Source of the DNA: Callorhinchus milii
Taxonomy: Eukaryota
Direction: 5' to 3'
Assembly (NCBI RefSeq): GCF_018977255.1
Contig: NW_024704743.1
Coordinates: 32,676,001 to 32,740,000, forward strand
Length of the DNA: 64,000 nucleotides
Shown here: positions 1 through 13,276 of the stretch, in pieces
How the letters are laid out: each line of letters starts with the position of its first letter
How positions within the stretch are numbered: the first letter of the stretch is position 1
Program-made: the position numbers and the translations under genes
The notes under the pieces: generated by a model
What the model was told of the DNA's origin: nothing
Databases searched by the model: none
What the model saw: only the letters and a program-made list of their open reading frames with translations

Positions 1-2162
1 ATATCCTGGTCTCTAGAATGTGAAATACAAATAGTAATAAACAATATGAAATGGAAAAATATCCAACTGAAAACAAAGATTTGCTTAACACTGTAGCTGA
101 ACATCAAACGCCAACACAAACAAAACACTATAAATGAAACCTAAAACCTCAACATGCACTCCTCAGAGAGACCTTACCGAGTTGTACAAAGCATACAAAA
201 GACCACAGATATTATATAGATTCACTGTGCTATCAGTTATCACAATCACAAAGATCAGAGCAGAGAAACTGTTTAAAAATCTAAACCATAGCATAAGGAA
301 CCAGCAGTGCTCGTCATACTCTGGGGTGGAACCACAGTGCAGAACAGATGTCGATGCTGTATGGTAGCTGGTTTATACTTGTCTTTCTGTGAAACCTGAG
401 CTGTTCAAACCTGCCTCAAACCGAAACTTTGCTCCCATTTCAAATCAGTGAACACAAAACCACATAGAAATTTGGGCAACTATAAATGCCAACAACAACA
501 AATTCCATTTATACAGCACCTTTCACATCAGGAGAACATTGCAAGGTGCTGGATAGTGTTGAAATATATTGACTATCACCTCGGGATACATTGGTATATT
601 TCAAACAGCAACTGAATGTTTCAGAAGGTTTGATAGTTAAATGGTTAAAAGTATGGATGGGTTGAGGTCAGCTTCTGATTACATTTCATATTTTCCTGGG
701 AAGATGTTCACTCCTCTGAGATAATGGGCAATCAGGTCTTTGAGTAAAGTTGTAAGAACAATGGACCAAAGAAAGAAAAGGCTGCACCTCAGACACCTGC
801 CGATCTCAAGGCTGAGAAACAAGCAGCTTGTGGAAAGCTGCCCAGAAGTTGTCCATATCTCTCTGTGCAGAGTGGCCTGTGAATGGTGGGAGCTATCTCT
901 GTGCCAACGGGAGGTGGAGTTAGAAACATATAAAAGAAAGATGTAACTTTGAAATAGTTGGAGTTGTGTAGAAGATCAGCACACTTCCCAGTGGAATCAA
1001 TATTGATTCTATTATATCTATGTATATGTACTGGGATGAGGGAATTTACCTCCAGTAAAAAAGTGACTATTAAAAGTGAAAGAGGAGGAGTAGTGGGTAA
1101 TACGTTTGCAGTCATGTTTACTAGGCATAGAAGTAATAACATTAGGAGTGGTTGGTCCGTTTGTAACACAGAAGTCAGGTTAGACAGTACTACTGAGGTG
1201 CTGGGCTAAGAGCTGATTGTTTCTGTTGAGTTACAGGAGCCACTCTCAGTGATTCTGTGTGATAGTTCTGTGATCTCTCCAGTGTACGTCAAGGTGTGAT
1301 CCCAGGTCTACTGTTTGGTCTGGAGTATGAAACAGTGCCTGGATACGTGTTATCGTCCGTGTATCGTCAGTCCTATCAGAGTGGTGGCTGGGATACCCCA
1401 ACAAGGTCTCCCTCCTTCTTTTCCTCTCGGAGGCTGCTTAGCTGCTACCTCTTTGGTTCCTATTCCTATACCGTTAGCAGCATCTGGACATTAACCAGGT
1501 CTTCCCCTTGTGACCTCATTATCTGTCCAGATTCTTGACCCCTTGGTCTCTTAACTCAGTTACAGAAGGTGGAATGCATTTAGCAAGAGAACATTGCAAG
1601 GCGCTGGATAGTCAAGGGTTTGCACCCAAACTGGGGTCATGAATCAAGAGGGATGGAAGGCAAGAGGGGTGGAGGTGAGAAGATGACTGAAGACAAAGAG
1701 GAAGGTTTTGAAATGATCCTTGAAGGAAGCAAAGGAGGGGATGAAGCCAAGAAATTCCAAATAGAGTAAAAAATACAGCAATATAGAAACATTGCAAATC
1801 CTGGAGCCACCCAAGCAAAAAATATCACGCATTCTCGGAAATTAGGCAAAGAGCTATATATCTGCCTCTTCAGCAACACTTCAAATTCTGCTCACATCAG
1901 CCTTTTCACACAATATCAGCTGTATCCCAGTCCCTGACTGTTATATCTGATTACAAAGTATAATATTCATAACAATTCTTGCATTTGATATGGCGCCTTA
2001 TCATGTTGAAATGTCTCACAGCGTTAACATAGTTGTAGGCCAATGCAGCAACCGATTTATGCATGCCAATGTTTCACAAACAGCCATAAGGTGCATGAAT
2101 GACTGTTGGCCAGGACACCAAGAAAATACCCTTCTCTTTTTGAATAGTGCCATGGGATCTTC

Positions 2163-2434
2163 AATAATAATAATAATAATAATAATCCTTGCATTTGATA
2201 TAGCGCTTTTCACGTCGGGTGGACGTCCCAAAGCGCTTCACAGAACACACTGTAAAGTGAATTGACTATATTTGTGGGTGAACGCGGCAGCCAATTGCGC
2301 ACAGCAATGTCTCACAAACAGTCGTAGATTGAAAATGACCAATTTATTATTGGTTTTTTTGGTTTTGGAGGGATTATTATTAGGCGTGTGGAGTAAGGAA
2401 AGCGAGTGCTCTAACCACTGAGCTACAGGACTCC
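2163..2434 (-). mobile_element. tRNA-derived Deu-domain SINE (head partly deleted)
   Basis: Reverse complement of GGAGTCCTGTAGCTCAGTGG head, Deu-like core and (TTA)n tail. Confidence 0.85.
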
Positions 2435-3632
2435 ACAATGTCAACCTGAGCAGACAGATAAGACCTAGGTTTAATGTTTCAGCTGAACCATGACACCTCT
2501 GACTTCAGCCACTATGCCCCGAGGCTCTGGAACTCCCTTCTTCACTCCCTTCGCCTCGTCCCCTCTCTTCCTATTTTCAGGTCTCGGCTAAAGACCTTTC
2601 TTTTCGACTGTGCCTTTGGTCACCTTCCTCCCTCTCCCCCTGGCTCAGCTCCGGGATCCGTTGCTGTGAAGCACTCTGAGACGCTGTCCAGCGTGGGTTT
2701 GAACATAAGTGTGAGGATCTTGAAGTCAATCCATTCGGTGATGGGGGCCAGTGGAGCCTGGCCAGAACTGGTGAGATATGGATACGGAGTTTGGTCCGAG
2801 TAAATATGCTGGCAGCAGAGTTCTGAATGACTCTGAAAGACACACAGAAGATGAGCACAATGTTTCAAGCAAACTTTTATTGTGTTAAAAATAGTCATTA
2901 AGTAGAAAGCTTTCATTAGGAATGTGATCGCTCTCACCTCTAGGTCGAATGCAAAGCCAAGACTGTCAAGTGCCTCGGGACATCCTCTTGACATGAAAGG
3001 CATTATATAAATATAAATTGTGTTGTGCTAAATTATTTAAATCTGTTAAATAGATAATAATAATAATAAATAGTTAATGCAATATCATAAGGACGTTTAT
3101 AAGCTCATAAAATATTAAAGGCATTACTTTCATATTAGCAATGTATGAATTAAAGTAGTACTAGCTTTACCCGTTGCTGCTTCACTTGCAACCAAAGGAT
3201 CCAATATGGAATGTAAATAGACACACAGACAGACACACATATAGACAGACACACAGAAAAACATTTCATCTTTATCTGTACTCATCTGGGAGGACTCCTG
3301 TGCACACATATGCAGATCACTCCCAAGGTGCAAGACCTTTCCAATGAAGTATAATCATGTCTCTATGTCAATTGGTTATTGAAATCTTTCTTGAAGCGCA
3401 GACAGACAGAAAGACAGACAGACAGACAGAGATTGTCATTTTGCCAGTATAGGTAGATAGAAGATAGAAGATAGATTAACACATATTTGATATTGAACAG
3501 GAACTATGGTGTCTGGTACTTTTAGTCTCAGGCACAGTGATTTCTTATCACAGTCTGAATCGCATTCTAACATTTGACCTCTTCATTTCTAATTTTTCTC
3601 TAGTGTCTGTGATGATGAAGATATCCTGTCAG

Positions 3633-3760
3633 CCCTGGCTCAGTTGGTATGATTCTTGCTTCCGAGTCAGAAGGTTGTGAATTGAAACTCTACCGCAGCA
3701 CTTTACACTCATAGTCTAATCTGAACTTCAATGCAGTGCTGGGAGTGCACTGCATTGTCA
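3633..3760 (+). mobile_element. Ancient DeuSINE-like fragment (second family; related pieces near 30350, 30750, 48360, 53000, 59000, 59450, 61700)
   Basis: GGCTCAGTTGGTA...GAGTCAGAAGGTTGTG...TGCAGTGCTG...GCACTGCATTGTC pattern recurring in degraded form. Confidence 0.6.
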
Positions 3761-3774
3761 ACAACAACAACTTG

Positions 3775-4925
3775 GAACCTCCCTACCTCTCTGACCTCCT
3801 CACTCCCCAATCCACCACCTGATGACTCCGCTCGACTGGCATCAGCCTCCTGCTCGTCCTTCACACCCTCCGGCCCACCATCGGAGGTCGCGCTTTCAGT
3901 CACCCTGGAACGCTCTCCCTCAGTCCCTTCGCCTGGCCCTGTCTCACCTCTTTTCGCTTTTTCAAGTCCCACCTGAAAGCCTTACTCTTCGACCGTGCCA
4001 ACCACCCCCGCCCCCACAAACCCCACCCCCGGCTCGGAGTCAGGTTCTGCCACTGTTAAGCTCTCTGAGATGCTATACCCTGCATGGAGGGTGCTATATA
4101 AGTGCAAGTTGTTGTTGTCTTCAACCCAAGTTTGAAAAATCTCTAAAGTTACACATTTTTCTCTTAATGGTTTGTAAATTACTTCAACACATTTGTGTTC
4201 TAACTTCAACATTCAATTGGTGGATTGCTTTCTGATGGTAATAATGACTATAAGATGCTATATCAAATGCAAGGATTATTATTATAATACCAGAGCAGTT
4301 AATGCTACTACTGTCCATACCTCAGGTTGCTGAAACCTTCATCCACACATTCATCATATCTAGGCTCAACTACTCCAACTCCCTGTTGGTCGGCCTTCCC
4401 AACTCTTCCCTTCACAAGCTGCAGATCATCCAGAACTCTGCAGCTTGTGTCCTCTCCCGTAACTGCATCAACCCCTCCCTCAACCAGCTCCACGAGCTCT
4501 CCAGCCCCCAGAGGATAGAGTTCAAAGTCCTCCACAAGGCCTTCCACAGCCTTGCCCCTCCCTATCTCCTGCACCTGCTGACTCCATATCAACCTGTCCG
4601 CTCCCTCTGCTCAGCAGGCTCTGACCTGCTCCATGCCCCTGCAAGGCCTGCCCTGCCCCACCATCGGCGGTTGGGCCTTCAGCCTTTCTGCCTCCACCCT
4701 ATGGAACGCTATCCCATATTCCCTTCTCCTCACTCCCTCCATTGCCTCCTTCAAGTTCCGTCTCAAAATCCTGCTATTCAACTGAGTCTTCGGACACCTC
4801 CCTGCCTTCGACTGTCTCCAAACTGGACCCCCAGCTCGGGGCCAAATCCCTGACTGTCCAAAGTCTTGGGACAGCCTCCCAATGTGAAAGGCGCTATACA
4901 AATGTCATTTTATATTGTATTGTAC
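3775..4925 (+). mobile_element. Two L2 LINE 3' ends
   Basis: HTFIISRLNYSNSLL, LQIIQNSAA; tails ending (GTT)n and (ATTGT)n. Confidence 0.8.
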
Positions 4926-5754
4926 CTCACAGGTCAACAGAGTCGTTAATTCCATGACTGTCTGTTCTACTTGCTGCACCTTGAAATAAACCCAACCAAG
5001 AAACGTTTGGGTATTAGGCAAGATCACACTACTTATGATATTTACTTTAATATTGTCATTACAGTATCATTGCATAACAGCAAATATTGTTTGTCATAAC
5101 CCGGTCTATTACAACTATGTATTGAATTAATCATTAACTTTTCAGCCTTATTAAATAAGCAGACTTTGAAATATAAAAAAAAATTATTTAAATTCCTGTT
5201 GAGGGTTATTGATATGAAATTTTGGCTAAGTCCACCATTGATTGTATCTTCGAACTCAACAATATGACTAGTGAAAGTAAATCTAAATTGTTTTGATAGG
5301 AAACTGAATGGGACTCATGTGGGAAAAAGATAAGCTGGTTAGAGCATGAATGTGGGTTTAAAGCACATTTCAGAGTGGAACAAGACACTAAGGTTCTGCA
5401 CATGTTCCGTGAGGTGGAACATCCAAGTAGTTTGATGCTGTCAGTGTCTGTTGTGAGAAGCCGCAGACAAGAGCCAAGCAGGAGAGCATTCTCCTTCCTT
5501 TTTATCCACTGCCACTTTGTCTTAACCTTATCAGCTGTGTCAGAGTGTACTGAGAATAACGAGACTGAATAATAATAATATTATTATTACACAATAATAG
5601 ACTCCAATGTGGCAAGTTGTGCAAAATATCTACCCAGATAAGCAGTGATGCAAATAATGTTCACTTTGAAATGCAGGACCTCAGAAATTAATTGGTTCAA
5701 GTGATCTTCCTGTAGAAAAGTGGTATATGCAACATACCAAACTGTGAAATTTCA

Positions 5755-6725
5755 CTATAATCTCACTCATTGCAGATGATACGAAACTTGGAAACGTAGT
5801 AAACAGTGAGGAGGATAGCAGCAAACTGCAGGAAGACAGAGGCTGGTGAAATGGGCAGACACATGATAGATGGAATTTAATGCAGAGAACTGTGAAGTTA
5901 TCCATTTTGGGAGAAGGAATGAGGAGAGGTATATAATAATAATAATAATAATAAGCATCTTTGCATTTGATATAGTGCCTTATCACATCTTCAAGACGTC
6001 TCAAAGCGCTTCACAGAATACACTGTAAAGTGAATTGAATATAAGATAAATGGTACAATTTTAAAGGGGATGGAGGAGCTGGGGGTTCATATACACAAAT
6101 CTTTGAAAGTGACAGGACAAGTTGACAAAGCTATTAAAATAGCGTATGGGATCCTTGCCTTTATAAATAGAGGAATAGAGTATTAAAGTAAGGAAATTAT
6201 GTTGAACCTTTATAAATCGCTGATTAGGCCTCAGCTGGAGTACTGTGTCCAATTCTGGGCACCACATATTAGGAAGGATGTTAACGCCTTGGAGAGGATG
6301 GAAAGAGATTTACCAGAATAATAACAGGGATGAGGGACTTCATTTATGTGGAGAGACTAGAGAGGCTGGGATTATCCTCCTTAGAGCAGAGAAGGTTCAG
6401 GGGAGATTTAATAGAGGTGTTCAAAATTATGAAGGGTTTTGATACAGTAGATAGGGAGAAACCGTTTTCTCTGGCAGGTGAGTCAGTAACCAGAGGCAAT
6501 TGGCAGAAGAACCAGAGCGGAGATGAGGAGAATTTTTTTTACCCAGAGTTGTAACAGTCTGGAATGCACTGTCTGAAAGGGTGGTGGAAGCAGATTCGAT
6601 AATAGCTTTCAAAAGCGAATTGGATAGGTACTTAAAAGGGGAAAAATTGCAGGGTTGGGGTAAGAACACGGGAGTGGGACTAGTTGGAACCTCTTTCAAA
6701 GGATTTTATGATTGTATTCTATGAT
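5755..6725 (+). mobile_element. CR1 LINE 3' fragment with nested SINE tail
   Basis: ADDTKLG, RPQLEYCVQFWAP and RGDLIEVFKIMKGFD motifs, frameshifted. Confidence 0.88.
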
Positions 6726-6774
6726 TATATGATATTCACATATGCTAACAGACAAGGTACATCAAAACAAATGT

Positions 6775-7511
6775 TGTTAGAATTTATACTTTTTGTATAA
6801 TGTTAGAATCATAATAGATGTTGCGAACGGGTTAACTTTTAAGTTAAGTGGGTTGTGGGCAGCTGAACTGAACCTCACGAGTTTCCCAGGATCACGTGAA
6901 TGTCTCAAGGATAAGATGTGTACTACTGCCCTGCAAGTACACAAGATAACAGATTGTCTCAAGGACAGTGTGTTTGTGTGTGTGAGGCACGTACACCCCA
7001 TGAGATGTTCGCATGATTTCGACCTGGTGATCTAATGTCTGCACCATGATTGGATGAACATTGGTATAAGAGTTCCGATAACTTTGTGTACGGGTCCATC
7101 CCGGGTTGCGGAGACAAGGATACGGGAGATGGGGCCATCCCGGGTCGCTGAGACAAGGATACGGGAGATGGGGCCATCCCGGGCTGCAGAGACAAGGGTA
7201 CGGAGATGGAAGACTGAGAGCTAGAAACACTAAGACTGAGGATATCAGGTGGAAGATTGAAAGCTGTAAGCAAGAAGACTGAAAGCATGAAGAATCAAGC
7301 TTGTGTGCTGGAAAGACAGTGTTGAACTCTTGAACTCGGGATATCTATAGTGGTGTTATTCTGTTATAAGATCTGTTGATTGTACCGGCCTTTGGTCTGA
7401 CCCATCGGGATATTGGGGAATAACGAATGAATAATAATAAAACAGTCTGATATCTGGTTAGAGGAATTAGCGTTATTTCCTTACAGATTTGGCTGATTTT
7501 ATTTTCTAACA
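6775..7511 (+). mobile_element. Solo LTR (737 bp)
   Basis: TGTTAGAA...TTCTAACA inverted termini, 4-bp TSD ATGT (6771-6774 and 7512-7515), three internal ~39-bp repeats 7090-7210, AATAAA 7436-7441. Confidence 0.85.
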
Positions 7512-8454
7512 ATGTGAAGAGAGGGTTTCAGGAAACAGTTGTGCATTTGAATAAATGAATTGTACAATTGAATTCTGAGAAACAAACAGTGCCAAAGAGA
7601 TGTTATTAAATTAATGGTTGGTTCTTTTACAAATAGAAGTTTAACAGTCAATTTAAATAAATAATTGAGCAGTATGCTACTTCGACCAATCTAAAATATT
7701 AGACCAGGGTGGGACCAGTTTCCCAGAATGTGTTACCAAATACAGCAATTATGACTCTCATAATCTGTAAATGGAATCATGTGGGGTTTAACTCTTGCCA
7801 CATACACATTACTGGTATGTATATGTAAGGCTGTGACTGAAATGTAACACATTTCCTCTCTGATCTTTTAACCTGTTCTGTGTCCTCCGATTGGATCTAC
7901 TAGGTGACATGCTTTATATTTGCTTAACTTTACATTTATTTTTTCTTTGATAACCGATACAGCAGACTGCATTACGCAGAACTTCCCAGAATATGAGTCA
8001 TATCAACCCACTTGCGGGTATAAACTTGTTTGTCATGGTGCTTACAACGACAGCCCAGTATTTTATGTCTTTATGAAAGATTTATTAAACTGTTACTGGT
8101 TTTTTTTGCCTCAGTTTCTTTGGTTTTACTCCATGTCTTAGCATTTTTAATAACTACAGTTTTAGCCCACGCTAACACTGGGGGTGTTCTGCATTGTCAT
8201 TGTCCTTCAGATGGGACATAAAAAACAAGTTCCTGTCTGCCTGTTCAAGTGGATGTCAAACATCCCATAGCATCATTCAAAAAGAGAAGGGAGTTTCTCC
8301 TGGTGTTCTGGTCAACAATCCTCAGACAAAATTGTTCACTCACTGCAGACTGTTTGTGGAACACTGCTGTGCACAACTGGCTGCTGCGTTTCGCCCACAA
8401 AATAGTCAACCCACAGTATATCCTGTGAAACATTTTGAGATATCTTGATGAAGT

Positions 8455-9935
8455 GGTAACAACAACCACGAAATTAAATGTGTACGTGCTTTTCACGTCG
8501 AGAGGATGTCCCAAGTGCTGGACAATCAGTGTTTCAGATCCAAGTTGTAGGTCGGGATTGGGGAGGGTGGAGGGCAGGGAGGAAGGAGGGTGACCAAACA
8601 ACAACAACAACAAAATTACATTTATAGAGCGCTTTTTAGGTCAGGAGGACGTCCCAAAGCACTGAACAGTCAGGTTTCCAGACCCGAGCATGTGGGAGGG
8701 GTGGTGTAGGCGTGAGGGAAGGCAGAGAGGTGGGAGGGCGACCAAAGGCACGGTCGAAGAGAAGGGTCTTGAGACCGGCCTTGAAGGAGGCAAAGGGACC
8801 ATGGGATGGAGTTCCAGAGTGTGGGGGCAGAGAGGCTGAAAGCCTGGCCACCGATGGTAGGGTGGGTCGAGTGGGAGACATGGAGCAGACCAGAGTCCGC
8901 TGAACAGAGCAATGTTGCGGAGGCGGTGGTAGGCAGTGCTGGTCATGGCGCAGATGTGGGGGAGAAAGGATAGTTCAGTGTCAAGCAAGACACCCAGCTT
9001 CCTGACTGGCTTAGTGAGGTTGAATGTGCAGCCGTGAAGGCTGATGCTGCCAGCGCCCGAGGTGCGGAGTCGCTGGCGTGAGCCAATCAGGAGGGCCTTG
9101 GTCTTGCTGATGTTGATTTGGAGAAAGTTGTCCCTCGTCCAGGACGTGATGTCGGACAGGCAGTTGGTCAGGACGCCAGTAGTCCTGGAGTTCAGGGTGG
9201 AGGCAGAGAGATAGAGTTGGGTGTCATCCGCATACATGTGGAAGTTTACCCCATGTATGCAGATGATGTCACCAAGGGGGAGCATATAGAGGGTGAAGAG
9301 GAAGGGACCGAGGACAGAGCCCTGAGGAACGCTGCACGAGACTGTGCAGGTCCTGGCGGAAAAGCCATTTGCAGAGATGAAGTGAAGGCGATGTGAAAGA
9401 TAGGACCTGAACCAGCCGTTGTGAATGGTAGGACCTGAACCAAAGGCATGGCAGAGAGGAGGGTCTTGAGATGGATCTTGAAGGAGGAAAAAGAGGGAAC
9501 GTGGCAGAGGAACTGTGGGATGGAGTTCCAAAGGGTGGGGGCAGAGTGGCTGAAGGCTCGCCCGCCAATGGTGGGGCGGTTGAGGCGGGGGACGTGAAGC
9601 AGGCCGGAGCCCACTGAACAGTTGAGGGTCAAATAAGGTCGAAGGGTCTAGACTGACTCGGTGAGGTGGAGTGTGCATCCTTGGATGGTGATGCTGTCAG
9701 TGACTGAGTTGTGAAGGCCCTGATGGAGCAAATCAGGAAGGTCTCTGTCTTGTTGACGTTCAGCTGGAGAAAGTTAGCTCTCATCCAGGACTTGATGTCT
9801 GACAGACATTCTATCAGGAAAGCAGTGGTCCAGGAATTGAGGATGGAGGCAGAGAGATTCAGTTGGGTGTCGTCCGCATACATGTGCAAGTTGACTCCAT
9901 GTCTGCGGATGATGTCACCAAGAGGGAATATATAG
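8455..9935 (-). mobile_element. Stack of deleted L2 copies
   Basis: Two MYADDTQL motifs, VPQGSVLGP, (TTG)n tails at about 8460 and 8600. Confidence 0.85.
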
Positions 9936-9994
9936 ATATAGATATCTATATATAGATATAGATATTCACACACACACACATACTCTTTGGCTCT

Positions 9995-11155
9995 CGTCAA
10001 CATCTAAAATCTCACGGCTCTCACCTCCTCCACCTACCCGACCTCCCCCTAAAACTCTCCAAACCCGTACACAACCTTGGCATCAGGATCGAACCCCAAT
10101 TATCCTTCCTCCCCCACATCCGGTCCCTCACCAGCACCGCCTTCTACCACCTCCGACGCATTGCCTGTCTCCACCAATACCTCTCCCCAAAAGCCGCTGA
10201 AACCCTGGTCCATGCCTTTGTCACCTCTCGGCTGGACTACTCCAATGCCCTCCTCGCCGGTCTCCCATCCACTACCATTCATAAAATCCAAATCATTCAA
10301 AACTCTGCCGCCCACATTCTCATCCGCACGAAACTCCGCTTCCCGATCACCCCTTGCCAGACTGCACTGACTGTCTATCCCAGAGAGGATTGATTTCAAG
10401 ATCCTCACACTTGTGTTCAAGTCCCTGCACTCCTCTGCACCCCACTACCTCTCTGACCTCCTCTCTCCTCAAAACAGCACCTGTTGCCTTTGTTCCTCCG
10501 GGTCTGGCCTCCTCCTCGTCCCCCGAGTCTTCCGCTTCACCCTCAGCGGCCGTGCCTTCAGCCATTATGCCCCGAGGCTCTGGAACTGCCTTCCTCACTC
10601 CCTTCGTCTCGCTCCCTCCCTTCCCATTTTCAGGTCTCTGCTGAGGACCTTTCTTTTCGACCGCGCCTTTGGTCACTTTCCCCCCCCCCTCCCTCTGGCT
10701 TGGTCCCGGGATCCGTTACTGTAAAGAGCTCTGAGACGCCGTCCGGCGTGGAGGGCGCTATATAAATCCAAGTTGTTGTTGTTGTTGTTTCCCCTCCTTT
10801 GTGCACCTCACCCTCTTCCACCACTCTCTCCCATTGAAAATTCTCCTTATCTACCACACCCCCCCCAGCCTCCCTGGCTCCTTCCTCACAGACATCTCCA
10901 CTCTCCTCTTTTCCCTATCCCTCTGCTCTAAGCGCCTGCTCATAATGGGCGATTTCAACCTCCACCTAAACTCCCCCTGCACTACTTCTGCCGACTTCAC
11001 TGCCCTCCTCTCCTCCCTAACTCTCACCCTCCGTATAAACTCACCCACCCACAACCGTTGTCATGCACTTGACCTCATTATCACCCACGGCCTTGACATT
11101 TCCAACCTCAGCATTGTGTACAAGGCCATCTCGGACCACTTCCTCATTAACCTGT
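9995..11155 (+). mobile_element. L2 3' end with (GTT)n tail followed by an L2 endonuclease fragment
   Basis: VHAFVTSRLDYSN; then IMGDFN, LDLIIT, SDHFLI. Confidence 0.85.
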
Positions 11156-11164
11156 GTTGCCACT

Positions 11165-13095
11165 TTTAGTGAATTGTGTATGTGTGCTCCTAGGTCCCTT
11201 TGCTCCTCTAACCCCATTTAGGTTTTTATTTTCCAGGATGTATTTGACTTCTACCAAAATGTACCACCTCACACTTTTCTACATTGAAATGCATTTGCCA
11301 TTTAAATGCCCACTCATCAACTTTATTAAGGTCTTGCTGTAATTTGTTGCAGTCCTCCTCTGTATTAACTACTCCAATTTGGTGTCATCCACAAATTTTA
11401 AAATTGTACTGCTGATTCCCGAATCCAAATCATTAATGTATATTGTGACCAACAGTGGTCCCAATACCGATCCTTGTGGAACACCACTGCCCACCTCTTG
11501 CCAGTCTGAATAGCTATCGTTTACCCCTACTCTCTGTGTTCTGTTTTGTAGCCAGCTTGCTATCCATTCTGCTATTTTTCTCTGACTCCACATGCTCTGA
11601 CCTAATTCATTACGTGGTACCTTATCGAACGCCTTTTAGAAATCTAAATATATTACAAATACTGGATTACTCTTGTCTACTTTTTGCGTTATCCCTTCAA
11701 AGAATTCAATGAGGTTGGTCGAGCATGACCTTCCTTTTTGAAATCCTTGCTGACTATTCTTTATTATGTTTTCCGTTTCTAGATGTTTTTCTATTACCTC
11801 CTTCAGTAAGGATTCCATTATCTTTCCTACCACCGATGTTAAGCTGACAGGTCTACAGTTCCCTGGGCTTGTTCTATCCCCCTTTTAAAATATAGGTATA
11901 ACATTCGCTATCCTCCAGTCCTCTGGCACTACTCGCTTTTCTAATGAGTTATTATATATGTGTAATAGTGCCTCTGCTATTTATTCGGAGTCCTGTAGCT
12001 CAGTGGTTAGAGCACTCGCTTTGCAAGTGAGAGACCTGAGTTCAATTCCAGGCAGGTCAGGGCGAAACCTTGGGCAAGTTTCCTTACTCCACACGCCTAA
12101 TAATAATCCCTCCAAAACCAAAAACAATAATAAAAATTGGTCGTTTTCAATCTACGACTATTTGTGGGACACTGCTGTGCGCAATTGGCTGCCGCGTTCG
12201 CCCACAAATATACAGTCAATTCACTTTACAGTGTGTTCTGTGAAGTGCTTTGGGACGTCCTCCCGACGTGAAAAGCGTTGTATCAAATGCAAGGATTATT
12301 ATTATTATTATTATATCAAATGCAAGGATTATTATTATTATTTACAGTGTCTTCTGTGAAGCGCTTTAGGACGTCCTCCCGACGTGAAAAGCGCTATATC
12401 AAATGCAAGGATTATTATTATTATTATTCCTTGATTCTTTTAATATATGCAGATGCAATCCATCTGGACCAGGGGTTTTATTCTCTCTAAGTTTCGTTAG
12501 TTTTTCGATTTTATCTCCCCTTTGTATCTTAAATGTATTTATATTATTTTCAATCTCTTCTACTATCATGTCCACCTGATCCGTCTCCCTGGTGAATACT
12601 GAGGCAAAGTCATTATTTAATATTTCTGCCATTTCGCTGTCGCGGCCTGTGAGTTTATCTTGCCCATCCCTTAGTGGGCCTATTCCTATTTTGATTTTTC
12701 TTTTGTTATTTATGGCTGTAGAATATTTTACTATTACTTTTTATATTCCTTGATAATTTAATCTCATAATTCCTCTTTGCCTTCCTAATTGTTTTTTTTG
12801 ACTATTTTCTTGACCTGCTCGTATTCTTTCTTGTCATGCTCTCCCTTGTTGTTTATGTACTTAGTGAACAGCCTCTTTCCTCAGCCTCAAATTTGCCCTT
12901 ATGTCTTTATTCTTCCATGGTGTCTCATTATTATTTAACTTTGTCTTGCTTTTTAGGGGAATATATTTCTCCTGGACTCTATTGTTCACTGTTTTAAATG
13001 GTTTCCACTGCTGCTCTATCTCTTTGTTTGCCAATATTGTTTTGCAGTTTATTTTTCCAAGTTCCATTCTCATCCCCTCAAAATCAGCTTTTGAG
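11165..13095 (-). mobile_element. CR1 LINE ORF2 fragment
   Basis: [36 protein letters not shown] on the minus strand; interrupted by SINE. Confidence 0.9.
11987..12428 (+). mobile_element. tRNA-derived Deu-domain SINE with three tail segments, inserted in CR1
   Basis: A box TAGCTCAGTGG, B box GTTCAATTCC, TGC anticodon-like loop, core TTTGTGGGACACTGCTGTGCGCAATTGGCTGCC, L2-like tail; TTATTC duplication. Confidence 0.9.
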
Positions 13096-13276
13096 GGATA
13101 GAAGAAGAGTGTTCCATAGTTTCAGGGCATAGTGACTGAAAGCGCGGCCACTGATGATGGAACGGAGGGCATAATGGACAAAGAGAAAAAAACGAGCAAT
13201 TTACTGTTCAAATATAAAGGCTGTAAGGTTTTTTTTGGTTGAAAATAAATAAACGTTAAACCACCTAGAAAAAAAA

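Noticed and set aside
163..320. Hydrophobic minus-strand frame resembling a transmembrane segment
   Set aside because: Explained by T-rich composition; no splice signals or recognisable family
11987..12060. tRNA-Ala(TGC)-like sequences at each SINE head
   Set aside because: Imperfect acceptor stem, no terminator, always joined to a SINE body and tail
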